Part shown: in pieces, positions 35,111 through 46,960 of the stretch
Position numbering within the stretch: position 1 is the stretch's first letter
Layout of the letters: every line of letters starts with the position of its first letter
Assembly: GCA_964016885.1 (NCBI GenBank)
Contig: OZ024743.1
Location: forward strand, 265,732,001-265,796,000
Direction: 5' to 3'
Source: Eledone cirrhosa
Taxonomy: Eukaryota
Length of the DNA: 64,000 bases
Translations under genes and position numbers: made by a program
The notes under the pieces: generated by a model
What the model was told of the DNA's origin: nothing
What the model saw: only the letters and a program-made list of their open reading frames with translations
Database searches by the model: none

Positions 35111-36297
35111 ATCAAGGTGTAACACATGAGTTGTGATATATTAGTAAAAGGAAAAGTAAATGCTGACAACTTTTTCCCAGTGAAAAATAGTTTAATTAGG
35201 AATAAGTATAAATTAGTAATAAGTATTGGTTAGTATTCAGTTTTAGTTTTTACCGGTTGCGGTAATGTTTTCAAAAATAATTTTGAGATAGAGCGCCCGT
35301 GATGTTTACTCTAATCTGATCAGTTTTGGAAATTCTTCCTGTTTTATGTGAAAAAAGTGGCTCCGGAGGTATTAAGATTTGGTTGGTTGTTGAATGTCAC
35401 GTGAATGAGTACTATAAATTTCGCACCAATTTGTGTTGCAGGGTCCATCGACACACACACACACACAAAAAAAACATATACACACACACACACACACATA
35501 GACACGCGTACACTAACATACAAACAGACATGCACACACAGACTTCTCTGTATAAGACAAGGGCTGAAAAATATATTTCAACATGTTAAAATATCCCCCA
35601 CACACGTACAAACACATTCCTACTGACCGAATTTATTCCCTCTACCACGAACCACTCTGCTACACACACACACACACACACACATGTTTGTCTTAATACA
35701 CACCTGAACTGTTGACCTTTCAACATGACTGCAATTCACACACACATCCCTACTGACCATTATCACAACAATGAACCTCTTTACTACACACACACACACA
35801 CGCACACACACATGTTTGTCTTAATACACACCTGAACTGTTGACCTTTCAACATGACTGCAATTCACACACACATCCCTAATGACCATTATCACAACAAT
35901 GAACCTCTTTACTACACACACACACATATTTGTCTCAAAAGACTTATCTTTCAGGCGAAAAAGGACACTCTTCGACAAACCTACATTTGGCGCAAAATCA
36001 ATTGTTAAAATTCACGTGACTTCTTCCGACCAATCAAAATTGTTTTGACTACAAATATTTCTGCAACACGAATTGGCGTGAATTTATAGTACTCATTCAC
36101 GTGACATTCAACAACCAACCAAATCTTAATACCTCTGGAGCCACTTATTTCACATAAAACAGATCAGATTAGAGCAAACATCACGGACGCTCTATCTCAA
36201 AATTATTTTTGAAAAGCATTAGAAATACGCAACCGGTAAAAACTTAAAACTAAAACAGAATACTAACCAATACTTATTACTAATTTATACTTATTCC

Positions 36298-36930
36298 ACT
36301 AGGGCGGTGGATTGGCAGTATCGGTAGAGGGTCGAACACCATGCTTTCCAGCATAGTTACGTCCCTTTACGATCTGAGTCCAAATCCCGGCAAGGTTAAC
36401 TTTGCCTTTCATCCTTACAGGGTCGATAAAATAAAGTACCAGTAATCTATCTAAGGCTGATAAAATTCCCGAGATCCATGGACGAGTTCTCTCCAGCGGT
36501 CTCTGTCCCTCATTATCGCTGCCATGTCCTGCATCTCCAAAAGACCAGTGTCTGTCCTTAGGGCATCAACATACGTTAACCTTGGTCTTTCTCTTCTAGT
36601 GTGTCCATGTAGGGGCCCCCAAAGGAGTACTGAGTGCAATGTCAACTCTGGATGTCGGTGAGCATGTCCAGCTAACCTCAGTCTCCTCTGTGTCATTTTG
36701 AGCTGACTTTTGGGATGCTCCCATACAGCTCTGAGTTTTTCATCCTCAGTGTATACTGATTAATGTTCAGAGCCATCCTCAGCATTCTCGTGTAGCACCC
36801 ATCCACCATCTGAGTGAGTTTCTTGGTCAGTGTCCAAGTCTCAGACCCATACAGCAATGAAGAGGCGGATTTTCAGGCCCAGTACTGAACTGGATAATTG
36901 CTGGCCTTGTGCCTAAAGTAGAAACAATTA
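36298..36930 (+). mobile_element. tRNA-SINE with ~20-bp target-site duplication, itself interrupted by an RTE fragment
   Basis: TSD ATTACTAATTTATA(C/A)TTATTCC on both sides; same SINE family as 32489. Confidence 0.85.
36447..36880 (-). mobile_element. RTE-clade LINE 3' fragment
   Basis: LLYGSETWTLTKK..DGCYTRMLRMALN..QRRLRLAGHAHRH..RPRLTYVD..DRDRWR. Confidence 0.85.
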
Positions 36931-38132
36931 CTAATTTATAATTATTCCTAATTAAACTATTTTTCACGGGGAAAAAAAATTGTCACCATTTTGTTTTCCT
37001 TTTACTAATATAAATATATATATAAACGTAAAAAATGAAACGAAATTTCATTTCCCATTCTTAGTACGGCTGTTACTTAAATATAAGTATGTACACGTAC
37101 ATACATATATATATATACAGATATACAATAGTATGTATATATATATATACATGCACACATATATATATGTACGTATGGATTCACGGAACATTTATTATAA
37201 TGCTCGGTGTGTTTGTAAACAAGCATCCCGCATTAAGCCGCAGAGTCTAGCAACCATCGTTGCTCGTTTGTTCAACACTGACAAAGGAACGCTGTACTAT
37301 TTTCAAGCTTATTAGCTATCGTCAGCAACGTATACCTTCCTGCCAGATTGTTGAACGTATATACTTACCTCATGCATATTAACAGCTGAGTAGCCTAATT
37401 TGCATATGGAGTGGGTTAATCGGCCGGTTGCACCGAAACCGATAAACGGAAAAAATGAAACGAATTTTCATTTCTCACTCTTAGTGCGCCTGTTACTTAA
37501 ATATAATTATGTACACGTACATTTATATATGTTTACAGGCGTACAGTAGTATGTATATATACATACATACACACATATATATATGTACGTATGGATTCAC
37601 CGAACATTTATTATAGTTCTCGGTGTGTTTGTAAACAAGCATCCCGTATTAAGCCGTAGAGTCTAGCAACCATCGTTGCTCGTTTGTTCAACACTGACAA
37701 AGGAACGCTGTACTATGTTCAAGCTTATTAGCTATCGTCAGCAACGTATACCTTCCTGCCAGATTGTTGAACGTATATACTTACCTTATGCATATTAACG
37801 GCTGAGTAGCCCAATTTACATATCCACTGGGTTAATCGGCTGGGTGCACCGAAAACGATAAACGGAAAAAATGAAACGAAATTTCATTTCCCACTCTTAG
37901 TACGGCTGTTACTTAAATATAAGTATGTACACGTACATACATATATATATACAGGCGTTCAGTAGTATGTATATGTATATATTTATATACATACATGCAC
38001 ATATATATATATGTACGTATGGATTCACCGAACATTTATTATAATGCTCGGTGTGTTTGTAAACAAACATCCCGTATTAAGCCGTAGAGTCTAGCAACCA
38101 TCGTTGCTCGTTTGTTCAACACTGACAGAGGA

Positions 38133-38175
38133 ACGCTGTACTAGTTTCAAGCTTATTAGCTATCGTCAGCAACGT
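38133..38175 (-). ncRNA. Intact minimal type I hammerhead ribozyme (array unit 3)
   Basis: ACGTTG-CTGACGA-TAGC-TAATAA-GCTT-GAAA-CTAG-TA-CAGCGT. Confidence 0.88.
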
Positions 38176-38982
38176 ATACCTTCCTGCCAGATTGTTGAAC
38201 GTATATACTTACCTTATGCATATTAACGGCTGAGTAGCCTAATTTGCATATGGAGTGGGTTAATCGGCCGGTTGCACCGAAACCGTTAAACGGAAAAAAT
38301 GAAAGGAAATTTCATTTCTCACTCTTAGTACGCCTGTTACTTAAATATAATTATGTACACGTACATTTATATATGTATACAGGCGTACAGTAGTATGTAT
38401 ATATACATACATACACACATATATATATATATGTACGTATGGATTCACCGAACATTTATTATAGTTCTCGGTGAGTCTGTAAACAAGCATCCCGTATTAA
38501 GCCGCAGAGTCTAGCAACCATCGTTGCTCGTTTGTTCAACACTGACAAAGGAACGCTGTACTATTTTCAAGCTTATTATCTATCGTCAGCAACGTATACC
38601 TTCCTGCCAGATTGTTGAACGTATATACTTACCTTATGCATATTAACGGCTGAGTAGCCCAATTTACATATCCACTGGGTTAATCGGCTGGGTGCACCGA
38701 AAACGATAAACGGAAAAAATGAAACGAAATTTCATTTCCCACTCTTAGTACGGCTGTTACTTAAATATAAGTATGTACACGTACATACATATATATATAC
38801 AGGCGTTCAGTAGTATGTATATGTATATATTTATATACATACATGCACATATATATATATATGTACGTATGGATTCACCGAACATTTATTATAATGCTCG
38901 ATGTGTTTGTAAACAAACATCCCGTATTAAGCCGTAGAGTCTAGCAACCATCGCTGCTCGTTTGTTCAACACTGACAAAGGA

Positions 38983-39025
38983 ACGCTGTACTAGTTTCAA
39001 GCTTATTAGCTATCGTCAGCAACGT
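38983..39025 (-). ncRNA. Intact minimal type I hammerhead ribozyme (array unit 5)
   Basis: identical to unit 3; variant copies at 37289-37331, 37705-37747 and 38553-38595. Confidence 0.88.
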
Positions 39026-39526
39026 ATACCTTCCTGCCAGATTGTAGAACGTATATACTTACCTTATGCATATTAACGGCTGAGTAGCCCTATTTGCATA
39101 TCGAGTGCGTTAATCAGCCGGGTGCACCGAAAACGATAAACGGAAAAAATGAAACGAAATTTCATTTCCCACTCTTAGTACGGCTGTTACTTAAATATAT
39201 GTATGTACACGTACATACATATATGTATACAGACGTACAGTAGTATGTATATATATATGCACACATATATATATATGTACGTATGGATTCACCGAACATT
39301 TATTATAATGCTCGATGTGTTTGTAAACAAACATCCCGTATTAAACGAGCAACGATGGTTGCTAGACTCTACGGCTTAAAACGGGATGTTTGTTTACAAA
39401 CACACCGAACATTATAATAAATGTTCGGTGAATCCATACGTACATATATATATATGTGTGCATGTATGTATATATATATACATACTACTGTACGTCTGTA
39501 TACATATATGTATGTACGTGTACATA

Positions 39527-39604
<78 letters not shown>

Positions 39605-40650
39605 CATACATATATGGTAATAACAATAACTGTGAAGTCTAAATTTTAAGCAAATAATCGCTGCTTTCACACTTAATGGGATCTTAAAGAGAATATAGGG
39701 ATTCTAGTTAATAAATGCATATATTAACTACAATCCCTATATTCTCTTTTTAATTAGCATTATAATGTGTGTGCATTATAACGATATATCTTATTAAGTT
39801 TAATAGCATTAATTGTTTTTACAACAGTCCCATGCAGGCGACTTTGCTGTCAATCAAATGTAATTCCTCTGAGAAATATGATGCTGCAAAATATTTTGTT
39901 TTGTTTCGGGTTACTTTTTTTTATAGTAACCAGCAAAGACATTCACACGCATAGGTATAAGTTACTCTGTTGTACATTTTAATGTAAAGTTACAAAGTGC
40001 TTTTTTTCACTCACGTTGTTATATTCTGCATTTAATAGCGTATATATTTTGAATTTTAGATTCGATTGTATGTTTATCTACACAAGATTTGTGGCTACAA
40101 AATGTTTATCTCCCCGTGAAAACTTTTCTCTTCCGTCTTAGCAAAGTATGTCTTTCCCTATCTATATCTCAGCTCTCACCTTGTTTTTCTTCCTCTCTCA
40201 TGCATATTTACTTATACCACTTCTAGTTAAAGCGCGTACCTTTATGGCTAGAGTTTTTGGCTCACGTTCGTCAGCGCATTGCTGCTTTGAGCAAAATACT
40301 TTAAATTTCGTTTCTCAGGGGCACTGATATGTCAATAACAATTGTACTTATAATTCAAAGTATCACCTTTTCCGACTACGTTGAATCTCTATGAGGACTA
40401 CGTTAAGGGTACCTGTACCTGTGGTGCGTTTAGTCCTATTCATGTTAATTTCATTAGCAGGCAATTCCGATGATAGAACAAGCAGAACATTCGTCGTTGG
40501 AACCAATGGAGATCCAACCTACTAACCTCTATCCCTTCTGACATTTTATGAGTGTGGATTTTAATTTTAATTTTACCCAGTTAATTACATTATACACGAA
40601 TCGTCCGATGTTTCTTTCAACCATATCTTCGTTGTTTGGTGATAAAATAC

Positions 40651-40718
<68 letters not shown>

Positions 40719-43700
40719 GACCCATGAATCCTGATGTAATCGTAGGGGTGCGTATTGACATACGACGCCACTCGGGGATTTGTAACCTGGTGAAGCCCTC
40801 CCTATTGTCTAAACATATTCGATTTCTTCCAGAGAGAGAGAAAGTGACAGAGAATAACACAGAAATAGATAAAGAGGAAGAATCAACTCCACTACCAGAG
40901 AGATACTTTTTTATCGACCCCAAAAGTATAAAAACTAAGTTGGCTTGTTTGCGTTTTGAATTCAGAGCACAGGGAGGTGATTGAATATCTTAAAACTTTC
41001 TATTCGACGTTCAAATGACACTGCCAATTTGCCAGTGTGGAATACGTAAATGTTGACATCAAATATATGTAGACGTCATACAGTGTTTTTCTACAATACT
41101 GGGGAGAATGTATCGCCCACATTTATCCGATATTTGAACTGGCAACTAAATGTAACAGTCAGCTCTACCATAAATTGCAATTTAACCTCTGGAAAAAAAA
41201 TGGATGTTGATTTATAATGTCTATTCATGGAAAATATAGATTCGCTGTTGTTGTTGCGGCTGCTGCTATTGTTGTTGTTGTTTTGGATTTTATCGTTGAC
41301 TTTCATGTTCTTGTGGTGACCCTGATTAAGTAGAGCTATGATTAACAGTGTTTCAGTTGTGACTTCTGTCTTTGATTTATTTTATTCAAACATAATATAT
41401 CTAGAACTGCATTAACCAAAGTGCTTTTCCGTGTTGAATTTATACCCCACTCAGACCTGATGTGGACGCAGCATAACTGAATATTTAAGGCATTTTCGTT
41501 GTACTGATTAGGTCTGGGTTTCGATCACATTGCATGGCGTTGGGTACATTTAGCTCCGAGCTTTCAGAGAGAAATTGGGTAGTCGATTGACTCGTACATA
41601 ACAGTCGAATGGACTGTATCTATTTCAAAAGGACAAGGACAAGTGCCGCATTTTGTCATTCTGAATCACGCTCAGATTTACGTTAAACGCAGAGGTATTC
41701 GTGGAATGCTCAGCCATATAATGTTATGTTGACTGGCAGGCTGCTTCATTCATCGTACAACTCGAGCACTCGTCGTCAAATTCGACGAAGGAATGTTCAT
41801 TCTATTTCAATCAGGTTTGATCAAGCAACCTTTTGTTCCAATATTTTACAGGTATGATCCTTCTATGTTAACCAATTGGCTCTTCTCTGTTTGATTTTGT
41901 CTTTGTTGTAGAACATTAGTGCTCCTAGATCCTGGTCCGTATTGAACGAATGTAGCCTATTATTAAAGACAATTTAGCATTGAATACCCTTTCCTTTGGT
42001 TTCATGCAAAGTTTGTCTAGGATAATAGTATCCAATGTGTCCTTTTTTCAAACGGTAGGGAACATTTAAGTGTAATTTAGCTGCTATTTCTTACAACTTG
42101 AGCGTTATGTAAATTTACTAGCTCGTTGGTTTTAATTGGAACTTTCTTCATTTTAACAAATATAATGCACTCATGAGTGAAATGAGATGGTTTCAATCTG
42201 AAATTCAAATTCTAGTAAATACACACTTACACAATCATGCAAAAACAAGCTCTCCCTGTTCTCACGCGCCACTTTATAAAAATTGCTTCCTAAGTTGCTG
42301 CTGTGAGATAGAGCTCAGCTCTCCGTTGTTATGCCTATCACGTCATTATGAGATTGATTACCTAATGGTTCGTTGTGATTATTGGTTCATCATATAGTAT
42401 TACGTCATGAGCTGTAAACAAACCACGGGATGTTAAGACACACAAGCATCTTTCTAAGTGGCACCTGACATGTATGTGGGAATTAAAGGAAAATATACAA
42501 CCAGGAACTGAAACCAGATTGCGAATTCTGTTCAATGCTATGAACCTCTATTTACGACTTCTAATAAAATTGAAGGCACGTTATTTATCTGGAAGGATTA
42601 ATTGATTTATTTATTTCAACGCTACTTCAACTAAATGCATTTTGTTTGTGTTTCTATTTCTGTAGGGGTCACATAAACACATTAACATATGGAAATTGTG
42701 GATGTATATACATGCATCTATGTAATGGTAACATCTTTGTATATGATATGTGAAAGGCTACCATAAGTTGGATCCAGTGGTAGATAACATAATTAAGATA
42801 ATTAAAACTACATATTGTGTTTTGCTGTTGTTATTGTTCATAAATATGTTCATCATGATCACGATGTAAACAATGATGATGACGGTGATGATCGTGGTGA
42901 TGATCAAATTGATGATCATAATGTTTTTTTCATTTAGATGATATTTGATTGTGGCCAAATTTTATGTTTTCTTTAATGACTTTCCTAGAATTTTTATTTA
43001 AATGTTGATTGCAAAATCGTGAGTGAATGTGTAGTATTATATACACAGGAAGGATTCCCTAAAGGTGCTATATTCGATAGGAAGGATAAATTTAGACATT
43101 TCGAATTTAATGTTCTTAAATTGCAATTTATGGAGTGGCATGATATCTGGAGCGCAGATGTAGAGTGGTGTTCCTATGAGAGGAATTAAGAAGGAGAATG
43201 AATCGGGAAGAAGAATAAAGTGGCTATTTTGCAATGAAAGTCATACATTAAGTGGTTAGTTCAGTGTGATGCACTTAATGGTTCATTTAATTTCAACACA
43301 AGTATTTGCCTGTGTGATTTTATAACGGTAGTAAAAATAGAACGGGAATACTTAAAATAATAAGAGAGGGAGAGAGAGAGGGAGAGAGGAAGAGAGGGAG
43401 GGAGGAAGAGAGGGATTGTCTGTGTGCATAGAGAAGAAGTGAAGGGGAAGAGAAAAACACATTGGTAAATGATTAATAGGAACTTAGCATCGAAAGAGAC
43501 ATGTATAGATAATTAACTCTAAACAGTTAACTATATATTTCGTCTAGGCGAGAATTGGATTTAGCTGACGAAATTCCACAGATTTAACGATGGATTAGAT
43601 AAGCCATAAAACTTAGTGATCTCATCTTTTAACGTTTTGACGTCTCTCAAATAAATCCTCTTGGGGCGACTTCTCTGGTCTTAGTTTCGAGTTAACCGAC

Positions 43701-46597
43701 CAGAAATAGGTGCTAACAATGGAAGATCAATATCTTAACTGCTAGCAGCTGTTTAGTTCAAAACAGCATTTTATCCGCATCACTCGCTCTATTTCAACTC
43801 CTATATATCTCTGTCAACAACTCATTCGAATTCTCTTTCCCTTCTGTTCTCTCTTTAAATATTCTCCTTTTCTCTTTCTTTTTCACCTTCAATGATTCTC
43901 TCCCCCTATATCCTTTTCCAGTGACTTTCAATTCATCATTTTCTAGAAAATAAACGAATTTGACAACGTAGAGAAAATAATATTCCGTTTAATAAGATAA
44001 TGTTATTTGTGGTTTGCATGTGTTGCTGTTATCTTTATTATTGTAGTTGTTATTGTCATTGCTTTGTTGTCATGTCTTCTGCTGTTATTTGTATTGTTTT
44101 TATTGGCCGTGTCTGTCGTTTCGTGATGCAGCTGTATTTTATACCTCGCTTAATCGATCCTGTTTAAATCATTGTGTTTAATATATAGTAAGATAGAGAG
44201 AGGTAGAGTAAAAGAGAGAAGAGACGGAGAAAAAGAATTTAGTGAATTAGAGTGGGATAAAGAGATAGAGCGAGACTGTTGGGTATATTGAGAAAGATTT
44301 TCACAATAAATGTGTGATATCTTTTATGAACAAGGAATATTTTAACCTCAGTGGGTTTGATAAAATCAAGCTTCTTACCTTCACACCCTTACAGATTAAT
44401 ATCACACATTTATAAAATGATCTGATTAATTATTATACAATGTATAGAGGAAAGTGGAAGTTGTGTGTGTAGTTGAAGAGAAACAAAATAAGTGATACAT
44501 TTGAGAATAGTCAAAAGTTGTTAAATTTATTCAGTAGCTTTGATAGAAAAACAATCATGAAATATTTACAGCCATGAGACAAAATTACGCAGTGCCGCAG
44601 ACCAATATTTCTCCAACTAAGATCCTGTCCTTACTTACGCTGCCCCTCCCCCTCACCCCCACGAAAAATGGAAGGCAAAATGGAAGAGGTACAGTGAAAA
44701 TAGAGATTCATTCAAAAAAATGTACCAGAAAGGCTTTTATGGGAAGTGGCGCTGCGATGATTTAACATTAATAGATAAACGACAAGGACGTTACTATTAT
44801 CTTTTGACTATTCGTATATTTTCTGCAGATATTAAGGAACAAATGTGTTGTGGCACAGGGTTCATGTTATTTAGAATAAAATGAAGAATGTTACAGTGAT
44901 ATGACATGATATTTGAAGTATATAGAAAACGTAGAAAGTAATGAGAAAAAAGTACAGCTGAACACAGAAAATAAACTTTTCCTTAAGTAAAAAGAATGAC
45001 AAGTAAATACTGTAGGGGTCACATAAACACATTAACATATGGAAATTTTGGATGTATATACATGCATCTATGTAATGCTAAAATCTTTGTATATGATATG
45101 TGAAAGGCTACCTTAAGTTGGATCCAGTGGTAGATAACATAATTAAGATAAATAAAATACATACAATGCTGCCAGTATCAAATACTCAGGCATATTTATG
45201 GATGAAAATCGAGAATCTTTCTTAAGTCAATTAATCTTATATAAATAGTGTTGAATTCTGACACAAATATATAAATATATGTAATTCTAGTTAACTTTAC
45301 TGTTTTAATCTTCATTAACCTCGAAATAGGAACAAATTATTAAAGGAGGATATTTCTGTTTAACTTAATTTTATTAATTTACTTCTTATTGATACTTTTA
45401 ATATTAACCCTTCGTCATATAGAAAACACACCAAAAAACAAGAATTAAGAATCCGGCAAAGAAGATTATATGTCACCGATCCAGCTGCTAGAAAAACTGC
45501 CAAGATTCCCTCAAATCTTACATCTTAAACAAAAACCGGAATATGTAGTTTTGTGTTAAAGATCCTATCCCATTTGCCTTGCCTATATTAAAGATTTCCG
45601 ATAAATTGAATTTATTAGGGTTATATCCTTCATTTTCTCTTTTAGTTTTAGATTGCAAAACCATCTGGATGAAACTTTGTTTAGTTGTTGCTAGGAAATT
45701 CTCAGTTCAACAAAATTTGTCTGTTCTTTATAATATACAGGAGATCCTGCTGTATATACATTTAAGATTTTAAGATTTTAAGATGCAGAACAATCCTTTG
45801 ATGTGTTTCCTGCAGTCGTATTTCTAAATAAAAATATATTGTGTATTGTAGGCCCTGATATAAAATGTTCTAAATGGTCCCTTTTTTGCCTGAATAGTGT
45901 TGATTAGGTGATAAAAATAACAACAGTACGGTTTTGAATCTCATGTTACTTTCGCTTTATCACCATTAACTTTGAAAAAGGCATGCAAACCCTAACACTT
46001 TTAGTTTATTGAAAATACACTAAAATCTTGCAATAATTTACTCAATCTTCAAATACTAAATTTAGCAGAATAAATAATATGGCTACTTCTATATACTATG
46101 TTACTCTAGCTCACCGTGTTTTGTGTTTCATTTCATCAACTTTAAATTTAAATTGCTGAAAGAGAATATTTCTGAATGCCTACCGCATAAAAAATGGATT
46201 GAAATATGTAAGGTATAATACTTAATTTAATGAAACAAAATATATAATTAACGAAAACTACACTCACGGTGAGGGCGGACAGTAATTAATTATAATAAAC
46301 TAATTATGGTAAACGATGCAAGGGACACAATCCCTGTATTTAACTGAATTCCATGTTTAATCAATTTCAATCTAGTGATATTATCGGGTCGACACACCAG
46401 TCTAACTATTTCATGATTAGGTATTCGGATAAAGATCACTTTCCACCTAAATACATGTACCATTTTAATAGGTTTGTATTTTGGGATTCTAGCCCTTGTT
46501 TATATTGTTTCCAAATAAATCAGACATAGTTTTCTTGATTCTCCCTCACTACGGATTTAATGTTAATGTTTAATGTTTTGTTTTTTTCCCTTTGCAG

Positions 46598-46691
46598 GTA
46601 GCAAAATATGTACTGCCACGACGTCATATACGTCCCATCCTTACAGCTGGCAAACTATTACTTCTCCTTATTATCCAGACAATTACCTTGA
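46598..46691 (+). CDS. CUB-domain protein, exon A (SKICTATTSYTSHPYSWQTITSPYYPDNYL)
   Basis: polypyrimidine tttgcag acceptor, GA|gtaagt donor, CUB motif C..ITSPxYPxxY. Confidence 0.85.
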
Positions 46692-46781
46692 GTAAGTAAC
46701 TCATTTCCTTTAGTTTTCTATCTCTTTCGTTTGACCGTTTTGTCTGATGTGGTATATGCCATAGAAAGGGTGTATCTACTA

Positions 46782-46960
<179 letters not shown>

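Larger units (their letters stand above)
35105..37012. mobile_element. Large fold-back element (arms 35137-35441 and 36061-37012); right arm interrupted by a SINE; internal ~125-bp tandem duplication
   Basis: TATATTAGTAAAAGGAAAA..GTGTTGCAG is matched in reverse complement; (TA)n on both sides. Confidence 0.78.
37024..39530 (-). mobile_element. Tandem array of ~420-bp hammerhead-containing monomers (5 complete + 1 partial) with a terminal inverted segment; non-LTR retrozyme-like
   Basis: unit spacings 416, 428, 420, 430 bp; HHR in each unit; 39343-39530 is an inverted partial monomer; both ends abut TA repeats. Confidence 0.88.

Noticed and set aside
37024-39345. CRISPR-like array or snRNA gene cluster (ATACTTACCT matches the U1 5' end)
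   Set aside because: Units are near-identical with no unique spacers; the U1 match stops after 10 nt and is simply the complement of a splice donor
44829-44905. Possible upstream exon after TTCTGCAG
   Set aside because: No convincing donor or domain motif
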